NCBI GenBank assembly: GCA_031282685.1
Contig: JAITDG010000028.1
Span: 1 to 61,695, forward strand
Source of the DNA: Puniceicoccales bacterium
GTDB taxonomy: Bacteria > Verrucomicrobiota > Verrucomicrobiia > Opitutales > JAIRLM01
Direction of reading: 5' to 3'
DNA length: 61,695 nt
Shown here: in pieces, positions 36,880-45,565 of the stretch
Position numbering within the stretch: the first letter of the stretch is position 1
Layout: every line of letters begins with the position of its first letter
Made by a program: the position numbers and the translations under genes
Notes under the pieces: model-generated
Database searches by the model: none
What the model saw: the letters and a program-made list of their open reading frames with translations, nothing else
What the model was told of the DNA's origin: nothing

Positions 36880-36954
36880 TGGAGGCGCGGGACGGAATTG
36901 AACCGACGAATGGAAGTTTTGCAGACTTCTGCCTTACCACTTGGCTACCGCGCC
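36880..36954 (-). tRNA. tRNA-Cys (GCA)
   Basis: 75 nt including encoded CCA. Acceptor GGCGCGG/CCGCGCC, anticodon stem GAAGT/ACTTC with loop CTGCAAA, T-loop TTCAATT. One U-U mismatch in the T-stem. Confidence 0.9.
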
Positions 36955-37077
36955 ACTGCACCTTCCCTGGCCATTCGCTTGGCGGCCGCAAGGAATTTTT
37001 TTGGGGATCTGGGCCAGCCGAGGAACATCGGACGCGAAACCCGTTGACGGGCCGCCATTCCGCCGGTAGGAAGGACC

Positions 37078-39246
37078 ATGGCTTCCCGTCCCAGCGAAAA
37101 GCCAACTCCCAAGCCGCTTCCGCCGGCCGAATGGCCCAAGAGGCGCCTGCACGGCATCGCCTACGGCTGCCTGGCCTTGCTGCTGCTGGTGGCCCTCTTC
37201 GGCTACGATCCCGCCCAGTGCCCCTGGCTCAGCACGATGGCCAATGCGCCGGACGGACCTCACAACCCCATCGGCACCCTCGGCCTGTCGATCACCTTTG
37301 GCGGCCTTTCCGCATTCGGTCTGGCCTACCTGCTGTTTCCGATCTTCCTCCTCCGCGCCAGCCGCTGCCACATTTCTTCCCACAGTAGGCCCATGAGCCG
37401 CGGCCGACTCCAGGCCATGGCACTATCCCTCGCTCTGACTCCCATTTTTCTGGCCCAACTGCAGAGCAGCTTCGCCTTCCTCCGCCGCCGTTCCCTCGAG
37501 CGGCTCTTTCTGGACGGCCTCGGCGGCTGGATCGGTGACATCGCCTACTCCTACGCGTTCTTTTCCCTGCTCGGCGCCACCGGGACGGCCCTAGCCGTCG
37601 CCATTCCGCTATTTTTTTCCCTCTGGTGCGTTTTCACCGGCAAGGGCTCGCTGCCGGAGGCCATGGAGGGCGTTCTGGCTGAGGTAAGTCACTTTTTTTA
37701 CGCATCAGTCCAACTCTTCCGGCGGCCCCGGGTCGGCCCGGGCGAGAGAAGGGTGGAAGCCAGCGCCTTCGAGCTGCTCGGAGAAGTGCGGGATCAGCCC
37801 CCGCCGGCTGGGGCTGAGGGCGGTGAGTTTTTGGAGGAACAGGATGCGGTGGACGATGCGCTGCTGGCCATGAAAAAGGGGGCCGTGCAGGGGGAACTCT
37901 TCGAGGAGAGCTCCTTTTCCCCGCCGACGGAACCCTACGTCTTTCCGCCTCTGGACCTTCTCGATAGGCCCGGTGGCGGCGGCGAGGAGGGAGCGGCCCG
38001 GGACCTGCTGGCCATGGAGCTGCGGGAAGCGCTGGAGCAGTTCGGCGTGGACGTGGAAATCGGCGAAATTCAGTCGGGGCCGGTCATTACCCGCTTCGAA
38101 GTGCTGCCTGCCCCCGGCGTTCGCGTGGAGAAGATTGTCAGCCTGGACAAAAACATCGCCCTCACCCTGCGGGCACCGTCGGTTCGAATCCTGGCCCCCG
38201 TTCCCGGGAAGAACTGCGTCGGCATCGAAGTGCCTAACGCCCAGCCGGCTCCAGTCTGTCTGCGGGGAATTCTGGAGTCGGAAGAGTGGCGCACTAAGAC
38301 GGCGGAGATCCCCATCGTCCTCGGCCGCGGGGTGACCGGCGAGCCGCTCATCGCCGACCTGGCCCGCATGCCGCACCTGCTCATCGCCGGCGCCACCGGT
38401 TCCGGCAAGACGGTCTGCATCAACTCAATTTTGGCCTCTTTCCTCTTCCACGCCTCGCCGGAGGATCTGCGGCTCATCCTGGTGGACCCCAAAATCGTGG
38501 AGATGCAAGTGTATAACCGACTGCCCCACATGCTTCTACCGACTCTAACGGATCCCAAAAAAGTGCCCAACGCGCTCCGCTGGCTCATTTGCAACATGGA
38601 GTGGCGCTACCACCTGTTCGCCAGCGTGGGCGTGCGGAACATCGCCGGCTTCAACGGGAAAGTCACCCGCACGCGGGAGGAGATGGAGCGGGCCGACGCC
38701 CTCGAGAAGGAGCTCTCCCCGGAGGAGCGGGCCGCCATGGCGGCCGTGCGATCCGGCCGCCGGGAAGTGGCCGCCGTGCCTCGGCAAAAATTGCCCTACA
38801 TCGTCTGCGTCATCGATGAGCTGGCGGACCTGATGCTGGTCGCCCCCGACGACATCGAAAATTCCGTCACTCGCCTCGCCCAGCTGGCCCGGGCCGCCGG
38901 CATCCACCTCATTCTTGCCACCCAGCGGCCCTCCGTGAACGTCATCACGGGCGTAATTAAAGCCAACCTGCCCAGCCGCATCGCCTTCAAGGTGGCCTCC
39001 AAGGTCGACAGCCGCACGATTTTGGACGCCAACGGGGCGGACGGCCTCCTGGGCCGCGGCGACATGCTCTTCCTGCCGCCGGGCGCCTCCGCACTCCAGC
39101 GGGCCCAGGGCGCCTGGGTGAGCGACGAGGAAATCAACAAAGTAGTAGATTTTCTTGCCCGCGGCGGCCCGCCCCACTTCGACCGGCAGGCCATGGCCTT
39201 CGTGGAAAATCCGGAAACGGCCGGCGGACCGGCGGCAAATCCCTAG
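37078..39246 (+). CDS. ftsK: DNA translocase FtsK/SpoIIIE
   Basis: N-terminal TM segments, a linker, then the motor domain with HLLIAGATGSGKTV (Walker A), IVCVIDELADL (Walker B) and GIHLILATQRPS. AGGAAGGA lies upstream of the ATG. Confidence 0.93.
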   Translation: MASRPSEKPTPKPLPPAEWPKRRLHGIAYGCLALLLLVALFGYDPAQCPWLSTMANAPDGPHNPIGTLGLSITFGGLSAFGLAYLLFPIFLLRASRCHISSHSRPMSRGRLQAMALSLALTPIFLAQLQSSFAFLRRRSLERLFLDGLGGWIGDIAYSYAFFSLLGATGTALAVAIPLFFSLWCVFTGKGSLPEAMEGVLAEVSHFFYASVQLFRRPRVGPGERRVEASAFELLGEVRDQPPPAGAEGGEFLEEQDAVDDALLAMKKGAVQGELFEESSFSPPTEPYVFPPLDLLDRPGGGGEEGAARDLLAMELREALEQFGVDVEIGEIQSGPVITRFEVLPAPGVRVEKIVSLDKNIALTLRAPSVRILAPVPGKNCVGIEVPNAQPAPVCLRGILESEEWRTKTAEIPIVLGRGVTGEPLIADLARMPHLLIAGATGSGKTVCINSILASFLFHASPEDLRLILVDPKIVEMQVYNRLPHMLLPTLTDPKKVPNALRWLICNMEWRYHLFASVGVRNIAGFNGKVTRTREEMERADALEKELSPEERAAMAAVRSGRREVAAVPRQKLPYIVCVIDELADLMLVAPDDIENSVTRLAQLARAAGIHLILATQRPSVNVITGVIKANLPSRIAFKVASKVDSRTILDANGADGLLGRGDMLFLPPGASALQRAQGAWVSDEEINKVVDFLARGGPPHFDRQAMAFVENPETAGGPAANP

Positions 39247-40769
39247 GAATCCGATCCGTTCCCCGCCCGCAGCTGGAGATAGTCAAAGAGAGCTTTCACG
39301 CAGATGAAACACGACGATTCGGTCCGTCTGCGGGCAATCAACTGTCCCAGATCGACCTCCAGCCTTTGAATTTCTCCCTGGCACTCCGGCGGCAGGTTCC
39401 CGTTACACTCCAAAAATGCCTTTACCACTCGGGGTGGAAGAGTTTTCAGACTAGAATTTTCTCCCACGGCATCTGCGAGAACTCGCGCAATGCTATCCTC
39501 TCCGGGAATTTCGATCGGGACGGGAAACGCGCCAAAGAGGGCACTTCTGCTGGACTCCAAATCCCTTCTAATGGAGGGAGCAGCGATACGGGCGCAGTCG
39601 ACGGCAAACTTTTCCGCCACCAGCTCCGCAAGCTCCTTCCGGGAGAAAATGTCCTCCATGACGGCCTCGAAGGCGCCAATGAGCCCCGGGTTCACTTGCC
39701 CCGCCGCTTCGCACTTCCGCCCGTCGGTCCGGAGAAAGTCCACGAGAACCTCGCCGAGTTCGGCTCCGGAGCTTTGATTTTCGGCGCACTGCCGCAGGAA
39801 TTCCTCTCTAGTCCCGCCGTGACCGGCCCCTAGAATATCGTAAGCCCTGTCCAGCACAGCGGTTGCACGGGCTTCGTCGCCCAGTCCGAGCGAATTCGCC
39901 AAAAAGGGCAGGAAGGCCCCCGCATCCCTGCCACAGGTGATAATGGCAGGCAAGTGGCGCCCCATGAACGCGTCGATTTCGCTGCCCTCCCTGTCGCGAA
40001 GGAAAAAGAAGCCGCGCACGGTGCCATAGGTCCCCAGGGCTCGGTTCAACTTCGGAACGTCCCGCAGTCGGTCGACGTCGACAACCAAAAATGGAGTGGA
40101 ATTGCAAAGAAATCTAAGCGAAGTCGTGGGGAAAACAACTCCGATGAAGGGCACTAGAAGGAAGGCAAATGGGCAGAGGAGCGCCCGACGTGTCACCGTG
40201 CCTTCAAAGTCGATTTTGTTGGCGTCCTTCGAGCGACGAAAGAGCTGGACGATGGAAATGGCGATGCCGCCGAGAAACACGATGGGAAGAAAAATAATGC
40301 AGACAACGGAAGCGGCCCGCCAGATCGCCGGCGCCGCTCCTATGGCCGATTTTTGCCAGCCGTCGAGCGGCACTGCGCAGTGCTGCGAATCGAGATTTGC
40401 GTAGGGCAATATGCTCGCCAATAGGGCGCTATCGGAGACAACCCTATCGACACTATCGGCACCACTTCGATCGGATGCAAAAGGAATGACTGCACTACCC
40501 ACAGAGGAACCGGCGATCAAGGGTTCAGCCGTGGTGCGCAATCGTGGAAATGTCAAGCTCGGAAATGGGAAAGTTGGAAGAAAAGTGACCGCGCGATAGT
40601 GCCACCGGATGGCCCCGGCCGCATTCACCATTAGGGCCCTAAACATTTTCCAGCCGCAGCCCTCTCCTGCCCCGCATGCTCCCCCGGGACAGTTCCAAAG
40701 TTTGCAGCCAAATCCAGACCCATTGCCGCGGCGCCGGCCGTCCCCCATTGGAAGATTGGAAATAATCAC
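39243..40769 (-). CDS. Hypothetical membrane protein with a two-TM hairpin and a large soluble C-terminal domain
   Basis: Hydrophobic segments AASVVCIIFLPIVFLGGIAISIVQLF and ALLCPFAFLLVPFIGVVF are separated by about 18 polar residues, followed by roughly 300 aa with no motif I recognise. The true start is uncertain (GTG 40769, ATG 40748 or ATG 40646). Confidence 0.55.
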   Translation of the reverse strand: MIISNLPMGDGRRRGNGSGFGCKLWNCPGGACGAGEGCGWKMFRALMVNAAGAIRWHYRAVTFLPTFPFPSLTFPRLRTTAEPLIAGSSVGSAVIPFASDRSGADSVDRVVSDSALLASILPYANLDSQHCAVPLDGWQKSAIGAAPAIWRAASVVCIIFLPIVFLGGIAISIVQLFRRSKDANKIDFEGTVTRRALLCPFAFLLVPFIGVVFPTTSLRFLCNSTPFLVVDVDRLRDVPKLNRALGTYGTVRGFFFLRDREGSEIDAFMGRHLPAIITCGRDAGAFLPFLANSLGLGDEARATAVLDRAYDILGAGHGGTREEFLRQCAENQSSGAELGEVLVDFLRTDGRKCEAAGQVNPGLIGAFEAVMEDIFSRKELAELVAEKFAVDCARIAAPSIRRDLESSRSALFGAFPVPIEIPGEDSIARVLADAVGENSSLKTLPPRVVKAFLECNGNLPPECQGEIQRLEVDLGQLIARRRTESSCFICVKALFDYLQLRAGNGSDS

Positions 40770-41170
40770 AGGATGCTGCCGACGGAGAGGGCCGGGACTA
40801 GGAAGGGGCGGAGCCGACCTGCCAAACCTCGCGTGCCTGCTCCGCTGTTTCCTTTCCTAAACGCAGCGATCGGCAGGATCAGGAAGGCGGAGCGGAACTG
40901 GTTGAGAGCGAAATCGGAAGACCAATCCCCCGCGCAGTGGTCCAACAGCAAACCCACGACCGGCCGCATAATGCCACCGATGAACATCACGGCCGCGTTT
41001 ACGGCGGCGATGGCCGTCCCCCGAGCTTCCCGACCATTGTGTTCGCTGCTGACAGTGAAGCAGATAACCTGTGGACTGGACAAAATGTCGAGGAGAAAGA
41101 GGAGGAGCCCCAAAGTGGAAAGTGAAAGGTGCGAGGGGCCCAGGATGAAATGCAAATGAAACCCCGTTGA
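40766..41170 (-). pseudogene. Remnant of an MFS-type transporter (C-terminal approximately 130 codons only)
   Basis: GTAIAAVNAAVMFIGGIMRPVVGLLLD ... FRSAFLILPIAAF looks like the last 2-3 TM helices of an MFS permease. No room exists for the N-terminal approximately 270 aa, because the upstream part of the ORF runs antisense into rnpB. Confidence 0.45.
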
Positions 41171-41244
41171 TAGGGCGAGAGTTCGCAATTTTTTTGCCGG
41201 AAAAATTTCTGCCCTTGACGGCTCCGACCGGGCGCACATTGGGG

Positions 41245-41625
41245 GTGCGAGGGGAAGGCACCCGCTCGCCGGTCCGCCGGCGAGAGGAAAGTCCGGACAT
41301 CGCAGGGCAGGACTCCCGATGAAAGTCGGGGAGGGGCATCGAAATGTGCTCCGACGGCCAGTGCCACAGAAAAAAAACCGCCCGCCCAAGCGGGTAAGGG
41401 TGAAAAGGTGGGGTAAGGGCCCACCGCGCCGGCGAGCGATCCCGGCGGCAGGGTAAACCCAGTCCGATGCAAGGCAGAATAGGGAGCCGGGCGGCCCGCC
41501 CGACGGCTCCGGGTACGCCGCACCGGCGGACCTTCTTAGGTCCGCGGGAGTCTCCTTCGGGAGACTAGATGAATGGGTGCCACGGCCCGCAGGGGCCGAA
41601 CAGAATCCGGCTTACCCCTCAAATT
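41245..41625 (+). ncRNA. rnpB: RNase P RNA, bacterial type A
   Basis: Conserved blocks GAGGAAAGTCCGGAC (41282-41296), CCACAGAAA, GGGTAAGGGTGAAA, GGTGGGGTAAGGGCCCACC, GGGTAAACCC, GCAAGGC, and ACAGAATCCGGCTTA (41600-41614). P1 candidate gagggg (41249-41254) pairs with cccctc (41615-41620). P3 hairpin ctcgccgg-tccg-ccggcgag. Ends are approximate. Confidence 0.9.
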
Positions 41626-43600
41626 TTTTATCCCCGGCACGGGATCCGCGTAGAATCTTTTTCTCCGCAAAAAATGCTTCTCCTTTAAGGTGATAGCGGA
41701 AGGGAAAAACAACATCTGTGCAATTTACTTTTTTAGCGGTAACATTAATCCATTGTGACTTCCCCTTTTTCCGGCCACGGGCCCATTCACATTTCTCCGA
41801 ATTACGCGCAACTTCCTTCGAGCCCTCCCCCGGCTAATGGGCCGCAAGCAGAAGAGGCGCCGACGTCACTCATGGGCAGTGGCGGGCTTTGGGAGACGAG
41901 CGCAAAAGATAACAGGCACGAAATTGAAACCATCGTCGACGATTGGTACAAAAATACGCAAGCCTCCTTCCGGGTTGACTCGGGGAAAGTCCCCCAGTGC
42001 GACACCAACGCTGCACGCGAAGTCTTTTGGTTTAAAATATGCACGGCCGTGGATGACCTCTATCCAAACAAAACCTACGAAGAAAAAAGAGAAATTGCAA
42101 ACGAACTCTGTGTAAGAAGCGAGGATGCGTTCGTGGATTTGGATCATTCATTTAGGAATAACGACAAGGAGTGGACAAAACCGATGCGCTATGCGGCAAC
42201 AAATGGCGTCATTGAGCACATCCTTTTTTCTGCAAGAAAAGAGGCACTTTCTCCCGACGCACCCATCATCATTCCCTCTGCAGACAAATTCACGCGTCTA
42301 GTGCTTCCGGGCGGCGGCGGAAAAGGTGCAGTTTACCCGCTCGCGCTTAAAATGCTGCTAAAGGATAATCCAGAATTATTTGACAAAGAAAACTTAACCG
42401 TGGTCGGCTCCTCCGCCGGCGGGCTAGCCGCCGCCCTGGTCGCCACCGGCTGCAATTTGGAAGAATTGCCCACCGTCCTAGCTAATCTGCAGTCCATGGC
42501 ATTGCAATTCGGGTCGAACCACGGTGCTGCGTACCCGTCGATTAGCATGCCGGGCGCATCAATCTTTCCTGCCGCGGAAATCATCCGCTACTTGGACGTC
42601 GAAATTGGAAGAAGGATAAAAACATTTTTAGCCAATTTGAATTTAGGGGAAATTCGACAGAATTGCAATCTCAGTGACAAGGAAATGGCACGGCTGGAAG
42701 TGCTGCGCGACAGGAATCTAGAAGATGTGTCTACTCCTCAAGAAGATAAAATGCCAACCTTTGCCGATCTCGCCCTCCTGCGAAAGATTGGCGCCCCATT
42801 CCATAATTTGGAAGTCACACTCTACAACGAAACGGCCCACGAGGAAATTTATGCCAGTGCGGAGAATACGCCCGACCTTCCCATTGCCTTCGCAGCGAGG
42901 GGAACGATGGCCCTTCCCCTAATGTTTCGGGCCATTTCTATTCCTACTAGACTTCTCCACCCCGCCGATCCTGCCAACCCCGCGAACCCGGACGACAGAA
43001 GCGTCATAGTCGACGGCGGCATAGGGGACAATATTCCCGTAGGCAATAGCGCCCCTTCTCGCAATATCCTCGTTCTCGCGTTTCATAAGGACGGGGACGA
43101 ATTTAAAAAAATTGAAAGCGCCCAATATGCGCTGGGAACCGCAGAGGCGCTGGAGGAACGTTTTGTCACACAGACGCAAAATCCGCTAGTCACATTAGTG
43201 ACAGATCCCGAAATAATGAATAGGGCAGTGGATTTACTAGAAGGCCACATAGGTGGAGGATTTATTTCTTTTTTCCTCCATTGGACGACCGGCGGGAAAA
43301 AGGATACCTATGACCGCGAATCGTACCTGCGAATCGCCGCCGTGGCCAACGGCATGGAAAATGGAGTCGTAAAAATGCTCCTCCATGGGACCATCGGCAC
43401 GCTGACCATAAATCCGACCTCAAGGCAGCAGGCCGTGGTCGATGAAACTTCCCGCCACGACATTCAGGCCCTCGTGGACCAGACTTACCTGGAGCGAGGA
43501 GTACTCGCGGACGGTAGGCCTTTCGGTCAAACGACGGCCGCCTAGCGGCCGGCCCTCCGGAGGAGGGCCCCGCCCGTGTCCGGATTTCCGGAGAAATTCA
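41571..43600 (+). repeat. Tandem segmental duplication, copy 1 (rnpB 3' end + leader + patatin gene + degenerate rluD 3' tail)
   Basis: Collinear with 43601-~45600 at a constant offset of 2,030 nt (for example 41581 aligns with 43611). Confidence 0.8.
41755..43545 (+). CDS. Patatin-like phospholipase (ExoU/VipD-style), paralogue 1
   Basis: GGGGKG (oxyanion hole GGGxKG), GSSAGG (GxSxG nucleophile) and VDGGIGDN (catalytic Asp) are in the canonical order. Roughly 190-aa N-terminal and 150-aa C-terminal regions are of unknown function. GTG start. Low G+C. Confidence 0.8.
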   Translation: MTSPFSGHGPIHISPNYAQLPSSPPPANGPQAEEAPTSLMGSGGLWETSAKDNRHEIETIVDDWYKNTQASFRVDSGKVPQCDTNAAREVFWFKICTAVDDLYPNKTYEEKREIANELCVRSEDAFVDLDHSFRNNDKEWTKPMRYAATNGVIEHILFSARKEALSPDAPIIIPSADKFTRLVLPGGGGKGAVYPLALKMLLKDNPELFDKENLTVVGSSAGGLAAALVATGCNLEELPTVLANLQSMALQFGSNHGAAYPSISMPGASIFPAAEIIRYLDVEIGRRIKTFLANLNLGEIRQNCNLSDKEMARLEVLRDRNLEDVSTPQEDKMPTFADLALLRKIGAPFHNLEVTLYNETAHEEIYASAENTPDLPIAFAARGTMALPLMFRAISIPTRLLHPADPANPANPDDRSVIVDGGIGDNIPVGNSAPSRNILVLAFHKDGDEFKKIESAQYALGTAEALEERFVTQTQNPLVTLVTDPEIMNRAVDLLEGHIGGGFISFFLHWTTGGKKDTYDRESYLRIAAVANGMENGVVKMLLHGTIGTLTINPTSRQQAVVDETSRHDIQALVDQTYLERGVLADGRPFGQTTAA

Positions 43601-43693
43601 CGAATGGTGCCACGGTCCGCAAGGGCCGAACAGAATCCGGCTTAGCCCTCAATATTTTTATCCCCGGCACGGGATTCGCGTAGTAACCCTTCC
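43601..43693 (+). repeat. Orphan duplicated fragment of the RNase P RNA 3' end plus its downstream flank
   Basis: 76 of 83 aligned positions are identical to 41571-41653 by my count, including ACAGAATCCGGCTTA. It lacks all upstream rnpB sequence. Confidence 0.85.
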
Positions 43694-43792
43694 CCGCGGA
43701 GAAATTTGTTATCCTTCTTCGCCAAAATGATAGCCAAAGAGAGAAATAATAGGCGTGCATTTTACTCTCTCTAATGGTAGCATTAGCATGCG

Positions 43793-45565
43793 ATGACCTC
43801 TTCCCTTCCCGCCCGCAGATCTACTCATAGCGCTCCCTGTTCCGCGCGAGTTCATCCACGTTCGTACTCGGAAGAAGGTCCCTGGGAGCCAACGCCACTC
43901 GTAGGGATGAACGGGCCCCGGATGCGAACGGTGGGCATTGAAAGACACAATAGCTGGCCCAGCGCCGACAGTTGGCAAGAAAACACGCAAGCTTCCTTTC
44001 GGACTGACTCAAAAAAAGTTCCCCACTGTGACATTGCCACCGCACGCGAAGTCCTTTCATTCAGATTGAATGTCCTCCTGGAGGAGCTCTATCCGGATGG
44101 GTCGTCCGAAAAAAAGGAGCAAATCGCAAACGATCTCCTCGAGAGAGGAGAGAATGAATTCGTAATTTTAAGTGAATCGCTTAGGCGGAACGGCAAAGAA
44201 TGGACAGAGCCAATGCGCTACGCGGCGGCGAATGGCATCATTGAACACATTCTTTTCGTTGCACGAAAAGAGGCCATTTCCCCGAACGCGCCTATCACCA
44301 TTCCCGCCACAGACAAATTCACGCGCCTAGTGCTCTCGGGCGGCGGCGGAAAAGGCGCAGTCTACCCGGTCACCCTCGAAACATTGCTGAAGCGGCACCC
44401 AGAAATGTTTGATCAAAAGGGCCTAACAATTGCCGGCTCCTCCGCCGGCGGGCTAGCCGCCATCGCCGCCGCCTTCGGTTTTGATTCGCCCGCCGCCCTG
44501 AAAGAGATGCAAACCAGTGCAACAAGCTTTATTGCGGAAATCGCAGGAGGCTTAAGATCTCTATATCCGTCAACCGAAACGCCGGGCCTATCGCCCTTTT
44601 GCGCTAGGGGGGTCATCAAATGCTTGGACGTCAAAATTGGGACAAACGTAAGAAATTTTTTACGGCCTCTGAATTTCGAAGAAATTCAACAAAAACACAA
44701 TCTCGCCGATGCGGAAATGGCACGGCTGGTAGTGCTACGCGATAGAAACCTAACAGACATGTCCGCTTCACAGGAAGGCAAGATGGTAACTTTTGCCGAT
44801 CTTGCCCTGCTGCGGAAGGTTGGCGCTCCGTTCTACGACCTGGAAGTCACGCTCTACAATAAAACGGAGCACGGGAAAATCTATGCCAATGCGAATACTA
44901 CGCCCAATCTCCCCATTGCTTTCGCAGGAAGGGGCACGATGGCCCTCCCCGTAATGTTTCGACCACTTTCCATTCCCAATAGGTTTCTTTATCCTGCCGT
45001 AAGAAACAGTAACGGCAAAAGCGTCCTAGTCGACGGCGGCATAGGGGATAATATTCCCGTCGGCGATAGCGTCCCTTCTCGCAATATTCTCGTTCTCTCA
45101 TTTCATAGGAACGGGGACGAATTAAAAAAAATGGAGAGCGCACAACGTGCACTGAGAGAAGCCGAGAAACAGGAGGGGTGCATTGTATCGGACGCAGTAG
45201 ATGCGCTAGGCGCCCTAGCGGCAAATCCCCAAGTAAAGAAAACGGCAATTGATTTATTAAAAAAATACATATGCGTAGGATTTATTTCCTATTTCCTGCA
45301 CTGGCTGATCGGCACGGAAAAGGAAGACTACGCCCTCGAATCGTATCTGCGAATCGCCGCCGTGGCCGGTGGTATGGCCGGCGGAATCGTGAAAATGCTC
45401 ATCCATGGGAACATCAACACCGCAAACATGAATCCGAGCCCATGGGCGCAGGACGCGGTCAACGAATCTTCCCACTACGACATTCAGGCCCTCGTGGACC
45501 AATTTTACTTGGATCGGGGAAAGCTTCCGAGCGGTGAGTCCTTTAAGGAAGCGGCAAGGGCCTAG
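43793..45565 (+). CDS. Patatin-like phospholipase (ExoU/VipD-style), paralogue 2
   Basis: The same GGGGKG / GSSAGG / VDGGIGDN triad. Collinear with paralogue 1 (for example EWTEPMRYAAANGIIEHILF versus EWTKPMRYAATNGVIEHILF). ATG start aligned with the GTG of copy 1. Confidence 0.8.
   Translation: MTSSLPARRSTHSAPCSARVHPRSYSEEGPWEPTPLVGMNGPRMRTVGIERHNSWPSADSWQENTQASFRTDSKKVPHCDIATAREVLSFRLNVLLEELYPDGSSEKKEQIANDLLERGENEFVILSESLRRNGKEWTEPMRYAAANGIIEHILFVARKEAISPNAPITIPATDKFTRLVLSGGGGKGAVYPVTLETLLKRHPEMFDQKGLTIAGSSAGGLAAIAAAFGFDSPAALKEMQTSATSFIAEIAGGLRSLYPSTETPGLSPFCARGVIKCLDVKIGTNVRNFLRPLNFEEIQQKHNLADAEMARLVVLRDRNLTDMSASQEGKMVTFADLALLRKVGAPFYDLEVTLYNKTEHGKIYANANTTPNLPIAFAGRGTMALPVMFRPLSIPNRFLYPAVRNSNGKSVLVDGGIGDNIPVGDSVPSRNILVLSFHRNGDELKKMESAQRALREAEKQEGCIVSDAVDALGALAANPQVKKTAIDLLKKYICVGFISYFLHWLIGTEKEDYALESYLRIAAVAGGMAGGIVKMLIHGNINTANMNPSPWAQDAVNESSHYDIQALVDQFYLDRGKLPSGESFKEAARA

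Noticed and set aside
38181-38192. GGTTCGAATCC T-loop-like sequence suggesting a tRNA.
   Set aside because: It lies inside the ftsK coding frame. The flanking bases do not form T-stem, acceptor or anticodon arms.
41171-41389. Upstream part of ORF 40766-41389(-), and the other ORFs at 40857-41339 and 40999-41523.
   Set aside because: They are antisense to the RNase P RNA gene, whose conserved blocks are unambiguous on the plus strand.
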